Shown here: positions 41,159 through 50,974 of the stretch, in pieces
How positions within the stretch are numbered: the stretch's first letter is position 1
How the letters are laid out: the number at the start of each line of letters is the position of its first letter
Assembly: GCA_963693095.2 (NCBI GenBank)
Contig: OY843768.1
Span: 1,568,001 to 1,632,000 of the forward strand
Source: Cenarchaeum sp.
GTDB taxonomy: Archaea > Thermoproteota > Nitrososphaeria > Nitrososphaerales > Nitrosopumilaceae
Length of the DNA: 64,000 bases
Direction of reading: 5' to 3'
Translations under genes and position numbers: made by a program
The notes under the pieces: model-generated
What the model saw: the letters and a program-made list of their open reading frames with translations, nothing else
Databases searched by the model: none
What the model was told of the DNA's origin: nothing

Positions 41159-42244
41159 ATGAATCGAATGGTTGCAATTTCAATACTCGCAGCACTGGCC
41201 GCAGTCACGCTTGTGACCACGCCTGTCATGGCAGCAGAATTTACGCCGTATGGACATCACGACACCTCTGTGACGCAAGGAGACGTGTGGATTAATGATG
41301 ACGGCGTGACAATGACGTATAGCGTGTTTGGCCACGACTTCTGGGCGTTTTATGGCGATGACGTTGTTTATGACTATGAAGCCAGCTGTTCCATTAATGG
41401 CGACGAGCAGAACTGGGAGTGGAGTCCAAATAACGGCCGGGATGGGGCGGTGGCCACTTGGGTTCTCTTGACAGGAGAGTACACGATGGGCTGCGACGTC
41501 GTCTTTGAGGGTCACGCCGACACCCATCATCTGTCAAACACGATATTCTTTGATCCAAATGCGCCGCCAAACCAGCCGCCCCTAGTCCTGAGATCACCAA
41601 ACGATGTGACTATCGAGGGAGTGGGCCTAACGGCAGAGTACGGGCTGAGCTCGAGTGAGCGGGTCGTCACTGATGATTATTATGACGTGCCATGGATCGG
41701 CTGTGAGATAAACGAAGAGTATTGGGATGTTGTTGGTGGGATGTGGTGGGATGTTGATGGTGTGATATGGTGGGATCTCCCGGCAGGAACGCACGAGGCC
41801 ACATGCTGGGTCACTGACCAGCTGACTAATGTGGAGACACACCACACGGTAACAGTTGTCCTTACTGCGCCAGAGGTGCCACAGGCGGCCACACCACCGG
41901 CACAGCAGCCGTCCCCGACTGCGCCAACGACAACAGAGCTCTTTCCGGACGAGCGCAACGAGCCAAAGATAAAGCGCCTCTCGACGCTATACAGCAGGGG
42001 AGTCCTGACTATAGATGACTATGGGCTCATCCTAAAGTACTTTCAGAGTGCCGGAATCATCAACTTTGACATACAAGGCGACCCGTCCGCACAGTCTCCA
42101 TACTTTGAGCTCAACAGCGACGACCACATGCACGGCAAGTGGAACGGGCACGCCGGGGCGAGCGTGTCAAACGCCGAGTACAAGCGATACCTAGAGAGCG
42201 TCGCTGACAATGGCTATTTTGACAGAATAAGCCTCGGGTTCTAG
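41159..42244 (+). CDS. Secreted/surface protein with Ig/HYR-like beta domains
   Basis: Signal peptide (VMA-AE); GTHEATCWVTD; Pro/Thr linker. Confidence 0.65.
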   Translation: MNRMVAISILAALAAVTLVTTPVMAAEFTPYGHHDTSVTQGDVWINDDGVTMTYSVFGHDFWAFYGDDVVYDYEASCSINGDEQNWEWSPNNGRDGAVATWVLLTGEYTMGCDVVFEGHADTHHLSNTIFFDPNAPPNQPPLVLRSPNDVTIEGVGLTAEYGLSSSERVVTDDYYDVPWIGCEINEEYWDVVGGMWWDVDGVIWWDLPAGTHEATCWVTDQLTNVETHHTVTVVLTAPEVPQAATPPAQQPSPTAPTTTELFPDERNEPKIKRLSTLYSRGVLTIDDYGLILKYFQSAGIINFDIQGDPSAQSPYFELNSDDHMHGKWNGHAGASVSNAEYKRYLESVADNGYFDRISLGF

Positions 42245-42247
42245 GCC

Positions 42248-42841
42248 ATGCGCTGGTATGGCATAGTCTGCATACTCGTGCTAGCCGGCGCGCTCTCGGG
42301 GATCATAGTCTTGCAGCTTCCCACGTATAGCCACTGGGCGACGCCGCTGTATGCGGCACTGGGAATGGGGACAGGGTCGTCATCCGGGCCAGAGGCGTCG
42401 ATGGGCGCGCCGACTGCGGTTCCAGAGACTCCGGCCGTCCCGCAGCCAGAGCCGCCAGAGGCCGCCCCTGCTGTCACCCCACCCCCACCGCCTGCGCCAG
42501 GGCCAGTTGCGGCTCCAGAGCTTCCCCCTGCACCCGAGGCCGAGGAGCCGCCTGCAACTTCGGCAGCACCCACGCCGCCTGCGCCAGAGCCAGTTGCGGC
42601 TCCAGAGCCCGAGGCCGCACCCGCACCTGCGGCAACGCGCGAGCCCGAGCAGCGATCCGCGCCGACTGCGGTACCAGAGCCACGGCAGGGAGCCGACCAG
42701 CGATCTGCACCACGAACGGCACCGCCACCTGCGGACAACACGTGCATGCAGCTCGTCGCCCAGCTCCTAAACCTCAACATATCAGATGAAGAGTTTGCCA
42801 GCATAGAGGCCGAGCTCGAGGAGAACGACTGCGGGGCCTAG
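42248..42841 (+). CDS. Membrane-anchored Pro/Ala/Glu-rich protein
   Basis: N-terminal TM helix; repeated PPAPxPVAAPE. Confidence 0.6.
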   Translation: MRWYGIVCILVLAGALSGIIVLQLPTYSHWATPLYAALGMGTGSSSGPEASMGAPTAVPETPAVPQPEPPEAAPAVTPPPPPAPGPVAAPELPPAPEAEEPPATSAAPTPPAPEPVAAPEPEAAPAPAATREPEQRSAPTAVPEPRQGADQRSAPRTAPPPADNTCMQLVAQLLNLNISDEEFASIEAELEENDCGA

Positions 42842-42879
42842 CCGTTCTTTGGCCAGGCACGCACGCAGGGAGTCGCAAG

Positions 42880-43692
42880 TCAAGTTCGGCGAGCAGGCGG
42901 AGGTCCGTCCCCAGAGTTCTTTAGCCAGTCAGGCACGCCGGGCATAGCAAGGCTAAACGCGGGGACGGGCACGGTCTCGTCCAGCTCGATCGCACGACAA
43001 AAGGCAGCAATGGCCTCCTCGGTGCGCCCGAGCGAGTCTAGCACGTGCCCGCGGCCAAGGTGCGCCTTGGCGTCATCAGGAGACAGCTCAGAGGCGTACT
43101 CAAAGGCCACAATGGCATCCTCGTGCCGTCCCAGCCTGTATAGCGCAACTGCGAGGCACCTGTGCATGACTCCGTCATCAGGGGCAAGATCCACGGCGCA
43201 GTCGAGCGCATCAAAGGCATCATCGTTCCGGCCAAGGCGGATCAGCGCAATGCCCCTGTTCTTGTGTGCGGCAGCCTGGCCATAATCCATCGATATGGCG
43301 CGATCGAGCGAGTCGAGGGCATCATCATAACGCTTGAGGTTTAGGAGTGCAGTTCCCCTTCCCAGGTGCGCAGCAGGGATATCGGACTGCACAGAGATCG
43401 ACTGCTCAAAGGCGACGAGTGCCTCGTCGTGTCGGCCGAGGATCGTCAACGCGCATCCTCTCCCTGTGTGCGCAGACGCGTTGTCCGGATCAAGGCTCGC
43501 CGCACGATCGAGTGCCGCAAGGCCGGCATCGGCCCTGCGTGGCGAGCCGAGGGCCATGACCATGCGCCGGTGCGCCGCGCCATCCCTTGGGTCACGTCGC
43601 AGCTCGCGCAACGAGGCGTCCAGCTCGGCCATTGCCGCATCAGTGTCCTCCTTGTCCATGGTGTCACGGTCTGCCATGTCCTGCCCCGACAT
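42880..43692 (-). CDS. TPR repeat protein (paralogue of 44100-44873)
   Basis: About 6 TPRs; MSGQDMA N-terminus. Confidence 0.85.
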   Translation of the reverse strand: MSGQDMADRDTMDKEDTDAAMAELDASLRELRRDPRDGAAHRRMVMALGSPRRADAGLAALDRAASLDPDNASAHTGRGCALTILGRHDEALVAFEQSISVQSDIPAAHLGRGTALLNLKRYDDALDSLDRAISMDYGQAAAHKNRGIALIRLGRNDDAFDALDCAVDLAPDDGVMHRCLAVALYRLGRHEDAIVAFEYASELSPDDAKAHLGRGHVLDSLGRTEEAIAAFCRAIELDETVPVPAFSLAMPGVPDWLKNSGDGPPPARRT

Positions 43693-43788
43693 GGTTTACG
43701 CGCGAGCGCCGCCGGCCTATAACAATTTCCCTGTATCGCCGCGCCGCAGTCACAAAGTTAATAATTTGGCAGACCCTGTGCGCCGACG

Positions 43789-44034
43789 ATGGACGGGGAG
43801 AAAGAGTTTGAGAACACGTTCGCGCCTGCCTGTAAAAACCGCACCCTGACAGTCAGTCAGATTATAACAGGTTTGCAATTCAGCGCATTTAACCTGGAAA
43901 AGCTCCCCGAGGAGATTCGCGACGCAGTCCATGTTGAGATGCAGAGGCGGCAGACAGGGGCAAAAGAGGGCGGGCAGCGCTACCAAGACCACAGGGAGAG
44001 GTGGATGCTCCGTCTGCTCGACACGAGACTATAG
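43789..44034 (+). CDS. Small 'FENTFAP' family protein
   Basis: Paralogous to 44970, 45224 and the 24311 tail; TTAATAA box upstream. Confidence 0.7.
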   Translation: MDGEKEFENTFAPACKNRTLTVSQIITGLQFSAFNLEKLPEEIRDAVHVEMQRRQTGAKEGGQRYQDHRERWMLRLLDTRL

Positions 44035-44099
44035 GTGTGGGATCGCAAGCTGTCAGGAGCCGACAGGGCGAACAGCGCGGGCTCACACGGGCTTGTGCC

Positions 44100-44873
44100 C
44101 TAGCAAAACATGGGCACCGGCGAGGCATGATCCAGTTCGACTGCCCTGCGATAGGCGTCGATGGCCTCGTCGTTCTTTCCCAGCGACTCTAGCACATATC
44201 CACGACCGAGGTGCGCGTCAGCATCGTCGGCTGCCAGTTCTGATGCTCGCTCAAAGGCCGCAATGGCCTCGTCGTGTCGGTCTAGCTTGTGAAGCGCCAT
44301 TCCAAGGCATTTTTGCACGGCCTCATCATCCGGAGCCATGACAGCCGCACGCTCGATGGCCTCGAGGGCATCGGCACGGCGGTCAAGGTAGAGAAGCGCG
44401 ATGCCCCTATTCTTTTGTGCTACTGCCTGGTCGGGATCCAGCGATATTGCGAGATCGAGCTCGACGAGCGCCTCTTCGTAACGGTCGAGGTGCAGAAGCG
44501 CCGTTCCCTTTCCCAAGTGCGCCGCAAAAACTCTGGGCTCTAGGAGAATCGAGCGCTCAAAGGCCGCTAGCGCCTCATCGTAACGCTCAAGGGTCACTAG
44601 CTCCCCATCGTAACGCTCAAGGGCCAAGAGTGCGCATCCGCGCCCCATGTAGGCGACTGCGTCAGACGGGTCAAGGTGCGCGGCGCAGTCGAGGGCAGCG
44701 AGGCCGGCGTCGGCCCTGTGCTGTGATCCGAGAGCTGCGATCATGCGCCGGTATGCCGCAGCATCATTTGGATCACGTCGCAGCTCGCGCAGCGAGGCGT
44801 CCAGCTCGGCCATCGCCGCATCAATGTCCTCCTTGTCCATGGCGTCAGGTTCTGCCATGTCCTGCCCCGACAT
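44100..44873 (-). CDS. TPR repeat protein
   Basis: About 6 TPRs; includes a short in-frame duplication (LERYDGELVTLERYD). Confidence 0.85.
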   Translation of the reverse strand: MSGQDMAEPDAMDKEDIDAAMAELDASLRELRRDPNDAAAYRRMIAALGSQHRADAGLAALDCAAHLDPSDAVAYMGRGCALLALERYDGELVTLERYDEALAAFERSILLEPRVFAAHLGKGTALLHLDRYEEALVELDLAISLDPDQAVAQKNRGIALLYLDRRADALEAIERAAVMAPDDEAVQKCLGMALHKLDRHDEAIAAFERASELAADDADAHLGRGYVLESLGKNDEAIDAYRRAVELDHASPVPMFC

Positions 44874-44969
44874 GGTTCACGCGTGGACACCACCGGCCTA
44901 TAACAATTTCCCCGTATTGGCGCACCATAGTCACAAAGTTAATAATTTGGCAGGTCCTGTGCGCCGACG

Positions 44970-45227
44970 ATGGACGGGGAGAGGGAGTTTGAGAACACGT
45001 TCGCTCCAGATTGTGAGAACCGCACGCTGACAGTTGATCAGATCATAACGGGCCTGCAGGTCGGCGCCTTTCATATGGACATGCTCTCAATGGAGATTCG
45101 TGATGCCGTGCATGAAGAAATGAAGGTGCGGCGAGCATTAATACAGAAATACGGCGATTTGTACCCAGACCCAAAGCAGATGTGGAAGCTCGACCTGCTA
45201 GACGCCAGGCTAGAGGTGCGCCAATGA
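44970..45227 (+). CDS. Small 'FENTFAP' family protein
   Basis: Paralogue family. Confidence 0.7.
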   Translation: MDGEREFENTFAPDCENRTLTVDQIITGLQVGAFHMDMLSMEIRDAVHEEMKVRRALIQKYGDLYPDPKQMWKLDLLDARLEVRQ

Positions 45228-45514
45228 CTGACGGAGATCAAGAGTTTGAGAACACGTTCGCACCCGATTGCAGAAACCGCACCCTGACAGTTGATCAGAT
45301 CATAACGGGCCTGCAGGTCAGCGCATTCCATTTTGACAAGCTCCCCAAGGAGATTCGCGATGCCGTGCATGAAAGGATGAAGGTGCGAGACGCGTTAATA
45401 CAGAAATACGGCGCGCTGTATCCGGATCCAAAGGAGATGTGGAAGCTCGACCTGCTAGACGCCAGGCTAGAGGTGCGCGGCCAGGCATGCAAGCCCACGA
45501 CGGCCGGTTCCTGA
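45224..45514 (+). CDS. Small 'FENTFAP' family protein (tandem duplicate)
   Basis: ATGA overlap; near-identical to the previous ORF. Confidence 0.7.
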   Translation: MTDGDQEFENTFAPDCRNRTLTVDQIITGLQVSAFHFDKLPKEIRDAVHERMKVRDALIQKYGALYPDPKEMWKLDLLDARLEVRGQACKPTTAGS

Positions 45515-45599
45515 CCTCAGATAGGCCCTGGGCACCCGCGCTCGCCCACACGCCCCTGCCCCATCTGGATAAATAGGGGCACCCGCGCGCGCCCAACCC

Positions 45600-45953
45600 A
45601 TGCCCAGCGCGTTTGACATCGCCATCATCGGCCTCGGCGTCTTTGTCGCCGCCGGCACGGTCTATATCGCGATCTTTTCGATAACGCCCGAGAAGTGGCC
45701 CGATGACACGCCGGCGCACATTGCCGAGGGGTGCCGCGCAGAGGCCAAGGCCCAGTGGTGCTCGGCGATCCTCGCCCTGGCGTGGGCAGCATCAGAGTGC
45801 GCCGAGACGGACTATGGCGAGTACGAGGGGTGCATGAACACAGAGTTCGCCGAGCGCGGCGGCAACCGCAACGACATATCCTCAGATTTGTGGCCCGTCT
45901 TTTGGGGCAAGGACACGATACTCTGGGACCTCGTAGGCGAGATACCCGAGTGA
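45600..45953 (+). CDS. Hypothetical membrane-anchored Cys-containing protein
   Basis: N-terminal TM helix; ATAAATA upstream. Confidence 0.5.
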   Translation: MPSAFDIAIIGLGVFVAAGTVYIAIFSITPEKWPDDTPAHIAEGCRAEAKAQWCSAILALAWAASECAETDYGEYEGCMNTEFAERGGNRNDISSDLWPVFWGKDTILWDLVGEIPE

Positions 45954-46278
45954 GTTAGCACCCAAAGCCCAGAACCTCCATTGCAATGATCGCAGCGCCC
46001 GTCGCAATCCCGCCGACTCCGACGTACATGAATGCGGCCGTCAGCCTGTCGTTCATCGGCTCAGCACCCATACCCCAGCGCGTGAACAGAGATGACGGCA
46101 ACGCCGACGACAATGAGGCCGTATGCGGCCAGGACGAGTGAGCGGCTCCCTTCCCTTTTCATGCCAGAGCGGTGCCCCCGTGTGCCATCTGACATGCCTG
46201 CGCCCTGACGGGGATTTAGGTGTCGCGCAGTCTCTCCCAAACCCCTTTAAGGCAGCCCCCGGCGCGCGCACTGCAGAG

Positions 46279-46791
46279 ATGGCCTTTGTGATATGGATGA
46301 CCGGCCTGCCCTGCTCGGGCAAGACTACCATCGTGCGCGAGCTCCAAAAGTCAATCCCAAACCTGGCAATGCTAGACGGCGACGAGCTGCGCGAGTGGCT
46401 CTCGCCCAAGGACTTTACAAAGGCGGGCCGTGATGAGCACAACGTAAAGGTCGCCCACCTCGCGCGCCTCCTCCACGGCCACGGCGTGCCTGTCGCAGTA
46501 TCGCTCGTCAGCCCATACATCGAGAACCGCAGCCGCGCGCGCGAGATAGTCAACGCAGGCGACGCATTTGCCGAGGTCTACGTAAAGTGCGCCCTAGAGC
46601 GCTGCGAGGAGCGCGACGTAAAGGGCATGTACAAAAAGGCCCGAAGCGGCGAGATAGCCACGTTTACAGGCGTGAGCGACCCCTACGAGGAGCCGCCGTC
46701 GCCGGACATAACGGTGGACACACAGTCCGAAGGCGTCGCCGAGTCGGCCCGAAAGATATCCGAGTTTCTCGCATCGCGCAAGCTGGCCTAG
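46279..46791 (+). CDS. cysC: Adenylyl-sulfate kinase
   Basis: WMTGLPCSGKTT, LDGD, RDVKGMY, FTGVSDPYEEP motifs. Confidence 0.95.
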   Translation: MAFVIWMTGLPCSGKTTIVRELQKSIPNLAMLDGDELREWLSPKDFTKAGRDEHNVKVAHLARLLHGHGVPVAVSLVSPYIENRSRAREIVNAGDAFAEVYVKCALERCEERDVKGMYKKARSGEIATFTGVSDPYEEPPSPDITVDTQSEGVAESARKISEFLASRKLA

Positions 46792-47633
46792 GCCAGGGCC
46801 GCGCGGCACTCGCCGACTGCAATATCGTGTATGCGCCCGCCGCTGCTCGCAATTATTCCATGCCTGTGCGCGACGCTCTGCGGGCCATATTCCAGCTCGC
46901 CGCCGAGCGCGTCAGTCATGCGCCCGCCGGCCTCTGTCACGACACACCATGACGCGCACGTGTCCCACTGTTTCATCCTGTCTGTCGTCGTCACGTAAAT
47001 GTCAGCCGTGCCGGCAGCTACATTGCACGCCTTTATCGAGCTGCCGACCGGAACCGTCTCGGCGACGCCGAGTGACTGTAGGACTGCGCGGTCCACGTCA
47101 GAGAGGTGGTTCCTGCTGCAGACTGCGCGGCACTCGGAGGTCTCGCGTTCAGGCCCCACGCGTAGCCTGCTCCAGGCGCCCTCGACTCCGCGAAACGAGC
47201 CGGCCCCGTCCTGCGCCACAAAGACTGCGCGCGCGGCCGGCTGCACGATAACGCCGAGGACTGGCCTTCCGACGCGCACTAGGCCGGCCATTATCGTAAA
47301 CTCGCCGGTCCGCGCGACATAGTCAGCCGTCCCGTCAAGGGGGTCCACAATCCACGCAGTCTCGGCAGCCGCACGCGAGGACGCCTCGCCCTCCTCGGAG
47401 AGCACGGCGTGGCCGGTCTTTGCGAGTGAGTCAGATATGATGCGGTGCGATGACATGTCCGCATCAGTCACCGGCGAGCCGTCATCCTTTTCCCTGGTCC
47501 CGTGCTCGCCGGCGTATATCGCCATGACGGCACCAGAGGCCTCGCCGAGTGCCGCCATGGCCACTGCGAGCTCGGGCATTGCGTGCGGGATTGGCGGCTC
47601 GCCGAGTGCGCAGAGCCAGCCAGAGGCGTCCAT
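46788..47633 (-). CDS. cysQ: 3'(2'),5'-bisphosphate nucleotidase
   Basis: SPVTDAD, LSEE, VDPLDGT, QWDTCA, EAGG motifs. Confidence 0.9.
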   Translation of the reverse strand: MDASGWLCALGEPPIPHAMPELAVAMAALGEASGAVMAIYAGEHGTREKDDGSPVTDADMSSHRIISDSLAKTGHAVLSEEGEASSRAAAETAWIVDPLDGTADYVARTGEFTIMAGLVRVGRPVLGVIVQPAARAVFVAQDGAGSFRGVEGAWSRLRVGPERETSECRAVCSRNHLSDVDRAVLQSLGVAETVPVGSSIKACNVAAGTADIYVTTTDRMKQWDTCASWCVVTEAGGRMTDALGGELEYGPQSVAHRHGIIASSGGRIHDIAVGECRAALA

Positions 47634-47634
47634 C

Positions 47635-47832
47635 TCAGGATGCCAGCTCGGGGCGCGCCGACCAGACGATGCCTAGCATCACAAACGGTATGGACATTAT
47701 TCCGACGATCCCAAGTATCGTATACAGCGACGCGTCGCTGACTGCCTCGTTGCCGATGAGCCATGGGAGGGGCAGCGAGATGACAAACCAGATCGACGCG
47801 AGTAGTATGTAGAGCCGCACGCGCGAGCGCAT
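47635..47832 (-). CDS. Small membrane protein
   Basis: Two TM helices. Confidence 0.55.
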   Translation of the reverse strand: MRSRVRLYILLASIWFVISLPLPWLIGNEAVSDASLYTILGIVGIMSIPFVMLGIVWSARPELAS

Positions 47833-47951
47833 TATGGCGTTCTGGCGCGCAAGGCGCCCTAATAACGTGACTGCCCTGATCAGAAATTTCAACATTTCTG
47901 ATGTTTTATTGGAATATTTCATGCCAAGTGTTATATATTCAGGCCGTTATA

Positions 47952-48054
47952 GGGGGATTGCAGTTGAAGGTTGCAAAATCCACGACTGCGACGGTGACCC
48001 CAGGGGGCGCAAGAACACGCCCTGCCTCGGCAGGGGCCGGGAGGCAATCTCCCC
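47952..48054 (+). ncRNA. Candidate structured intergenic RNA
   Basis: Closing stem GGGGGAUUGC/GCAAUCUCCC and inner hairpins; TTATATAT upstream. Confidence 0.25.
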
Positions 48055-48074
48055 ATGCTCCCCGTTCAATGGGG

Positions 48075-48518
48075 TCACGGTTTCTCGTACAGGCTGACTG
48101 AGACGGATCCGTTCACAGAGCCGTTTGGGTCCACAGTCACCGTGAGCGCGCCGGCGGCGGCGACCTCTAGGGCGCGGTGGCCGATATAGTCCCACGTATA
48201 GTACTCGGCGGCCTCGGTTCCCTGGCGCTCGCTTGTGAGCCTAAAGGTCTCGGAGAACGCCGTCAGGCCATCACCGCCGACTGTGACTGTGAGGCGCGGC
48301 GGCGAGTCGCCATTGGGCACAAAGCGCAGCTCGTGCGTGCCGGCTGCCAGCTCGACTGTCCTCGCATAGACGCCGTTCTCATAGAGCGCGGGATCGGCAA
48401 GCGTGGCGTGAAAGACCGGCTCGTGGGAGTCGATATCGCCTGAAAACGTCGTCGCAAAGGCGTACGCGCAGACTGCGACTGCGGCGATGATGACTAGCGT
48501 GACTAGGCGGGCCTTCAC
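48075..48518 (-). CDS. Hypothetical exported protein
   Basis: Signal/TM segment followed by a beta-rich domain. Confidence 0.6.
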   Translation of the reverse strand: MKARLVTLVIIAAVAVCAYAFATTFSGDIDSHEPVFHATLADPALYENGVYARTVELAAGTHELRFVPNGDSPPRLTVTVGGDGLTAFSETFRLTSERQGTEAAEYYTWDYIGHRALEVAAAGALTVTVDPNGSVNGSVSVSLYEKP

Positions 48519-48622
48519 GGGGAACCCACGCGTGGGGGGCGTAAATATAGCTTTAGCCCTTGTCAAACCAAGCTCACACTCGGGGTTAAGAGCCCTTTGG
48601 GCCAACGCACATATCGATAGGC

Positions 48623-49276
48623 ATGGCAAGCTTTCAAAAGACATGGAATAGGCCCGAACAGCAGGGAATCAGCACAAAGGTCGGCTCGCTCGTAAAGCCG
48701 CAAGGCGCGCTAAAGCCCAGGGTCGAGGCGGCCATAGCGAGGATTCAGAAACAGGGCACAAAGCTTGACGCAATGCTCGCAAAGCTGCGCGATCGCGACG
48801 CGGCCGTCTTTTCAAAGGTTGTAGAGGCGACACAGCGCCACGACACGGCCGGCGCAAAGGTCCTCTCGTGCGAGCTCATCGAGATACGCAAGGTCTCGCG
48901 CGTTCTAGGCAACGCGCGCATGGCCCTCCAAAAGGTCGAGCTCCGCCTCACGACGGCGCACGACGTGGGCGACACGCTAGTTGCGATAATGCCGACGATC
49001 GGCGTGATGAACGGCATGAAGTCCTCACTCTCAAAGTTCATGCCAGGCGCAGACCAGGAGATATCGAGAATGTCCGAGGTTCTTGGCGGCATGGTCGGCG
49101 AGTCGTTTGGCGACGGTGGCGCCTTTGGGCAGGACACGACGATGACGCCCGAGGCCGAGAGCATACTCCAGGAGGCAGGTGCTGTCGCCGAGGTCAACGT
49201 CGGCGGAAACCTGCCGCAGATGCCCGCAGAGGTCGGCGAGTCGACATCCGAGACATCAGAGTCAAAGTTCTTCTAG
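48623..49276 (+). CDS. ESCRT-III / CdvB-family (Snf7) cell division protein
   Basis: Helical core ...VELRLTTAHDVGD...; C-terminal EAESILQEA. Confidence 0.85.
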   Translation: MASFQKTWNRPEQQGISTKVGSLVKPQGALKPRVEAAIARIQKQGTKLDAMLAKLRDRDAAVFSKVVEATQRHDTAGAKVLSCELIEIRKVSRVLGNARMALQKVELRLTTAHDVGDTLVAIMPTIGVMNGMKSSLSKFMPGADQEISRMSEVLGGMVGESFGDGGAFGQDTTMTPEAESILQEAGAVAEVNVGGNLPQMPAEVGESTSETSESKFF

Positions 49277-49329
49277 CGCGCCTGCAATAGAGTCTGTGCG
49301 CAATAGTGTTTTTTTCTCCTCGCGAAATC

Positions 49330-49764
49330 TCATACCCACGAGCAGGCCAGGCCAAGCCAGACAATGATGCCCGATGGCACCAGCGCAAGGCCGCACACAA
49401 TGCCGACGAGTGGGGGATCGCGCCCTAGCAGGCCAGGGCGGGGAACGGAGCTGCGCGGGCTGTCAAATGTTCCGCGCATGCCAAGACCAAAGAGGGCGCT
49501 TGATCCCAGGAGGAATGCCATGCCCACATAGTCGAGCCAGTGCAGGGCCGAGTTTCCAAAATAGCCCGAGTACCACCATCCCGAGAGGAGCGACCAGGCC
49601 GCGTGCGCGGCCCAGTCAAGCGGCACGCCCTGCGGCGCAGCAGATGTCGGCAGTGGCGCCGGCATGCAGGACCAGTCAGCAAGCAGGCTCGAGATGGCCA
49701 GCGAGGCTGACTCGTGGAGGCTCCAGGTCATCACATGGCAGTGCCGTGAGGGCCATAATAACAC
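49330..49764 (-). CDS. Hypothetical membrane protein
   Basis: Hydrophobic C-terminal helices; start uncertain. Confidence 0.35.
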   Translation of the reverse strand: MLLWPSRHCHVMTWSLHESASLAISSLLADWSCMPAPLPTSAAPQGVPLDWAAHAAWSLLSGWWYSGYFGNSALHWLDYVGMAFLLGSSALFGLGMRGTFDSPRSSVPRPGLLGRDPPLVGIVCGLALVPSGIIVWLGLACSWV

Positions 49765-49938
49765 TGGCGCATGTCATGGGGCAGAGTTGTCGCCGACTCG
49801 CGCCCTAGCGCCGACTGGCAAGGTACAGGTCATGGGAGCATTCACTCGACGCGCAGCGCAAGTCGAATATGTGCGTGATCCAAGTCGTGCACAGCACTCC
49901 ATGGGATAGATATGCGCGCAGGTTTTGGGGGTGTGCGC

Positions 49939-50472
49939 CTATGCCGTGCCCGGTCTATCATCGGGCCGGCCTGACTCGCGGAATGCGCGCGTCCTAGATG
50001 ACTCGGCGTTGACGATCTCGTCGAGCTCCGTTATCATCGCGCGAAGCGTCGCCATGCGTTCGGCGGCCTCGACTGCTGCTGCCTCGACGGCTGCACGGCG
50101 CTCCTTTAGTGCCGCTAGGCCGCGGCGCTCCTCCTCGATGTACTCTTGGATCTTTACGAGCTTTTCGCGCAGGTTCTTTACCTCGACGGACTCGTCCTCG
50201 ATCTCCTTTTCTAGGACGGTTCGCTTGTCCTTTAGCGACTTTATCATTATGCCGACGCCGTCGACGGCGGCCTCGAGGCTGGCCCTGCGGCCCATGAGCG
50301 CGCTGATTCCAAGCTCGCTTCCATCCTGCGCGCCGGTCCTCTCGGCGCCTGCCTGCCCCTGTGGCGCATCCTGCGCTGACGGGCCGGCCGGCCTGCCTGC
50401 CTCGCCCTGCTCTGGTGCTGCTGCGCTGACTCCGCCCTCGTCCTCGCCGCGCAACCTGTCAAATAGGCCCAT
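49939..50472 (-). CDS. Coiled-coil protein
   Basis: MGLFDRL start; long heptad region. Confidence 0.65.
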   Translation of the reverse strand: MGLFDRLRGEDEGGVSAAAPEQGEAGRPAGPSAQDAPQGQAGAERTGAQDGSELGISALMGRRASLEAAVDGVGIMIKSLKDKRTVLEKEIEDESVEVKNLREKLVKIQEYIEEERRGLAALKERRAAVEAAAVEAAERMATLRAMITELDEIVNAESSRTRAFRESGRPDDRPGTA

Positions 50473-50574
50473 GGGCAAGGCGGCAAACGCGCGCATAATT
50501 AAAGATAAGTCTGCGCGCGTGCGCGTGGGCGCGCCGAGGGGCCCGAATTTGGCATGTGCCCAGAGGCCGCGTCA

Positions 50575-50625
50575 CAGACGAGTCAGGTCGAGCCTTGCGG
50601 TTGCTGTGGGATGGCCAGGATTGCA
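50575..50625 (+). repeat. Degenerate copy 0 of the DUF3800-associated element
   Basis: GTCGAGCC...TGGCCAGGATTGCA remnant. Confidence 0.45.
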
Positions 50626-50720
50626 GCTCGCCCCTATGGCCTCCGTTTGAGGGGTCACGGGCGGCCTCGTGGCCACGGTGTCGAGTCAGTGCTTAAATGT
50701 GGATCGCATTCCACGCTGGA

Positions 50721-50796
50721 GCAGATATGTGGCGTCTACGGGTGCCACAGTCGAGCCGGGCCTGGTGTGCCGAGTTGCGGGATAGCCAGGACCGCA
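50721..50796 (+). ncRNA. DUF3800-associated two-hairpin RNA, copy 1
   Basis: CTTAAA at 50692-97; GCAGATATGTG...CACAGTCGAGCCGG...CAGGACCGCA. Confidence 0.65.
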
Positions 50797-50889
50797 ACTC
50801 CCACCTCATGGCCTCCATTGGAGGTCATGGACGGCCTCGTGGCCACGTGTCGAGTCAGTGTTTAAATTGGGGTCGTATTTCACGCGGTG

Positions 50890-50967
50890 GCAGATGTGTG
50901 CGGCCCATAGGTAGCACAGTCGAGCCGGTCCTGGCTTCGCCGCTCTTGCGGGGTGGTCAGGACCGCA
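50890..50967 (+). ncRNA. DUF3800-associated RNA, copy 2
   Basis: TTTAAA at 50861-66; conserved core. Confidence 0.7.
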
Positions 50968-50974
50968 TCCTTTC

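Noticed and set aside
46279-47633. cysC/cysQ as part of the phosphorothioation island
   Set aside because: They lie 8 kb away with host-like composition; Dnd sulfur comes from cysteine via DndA.
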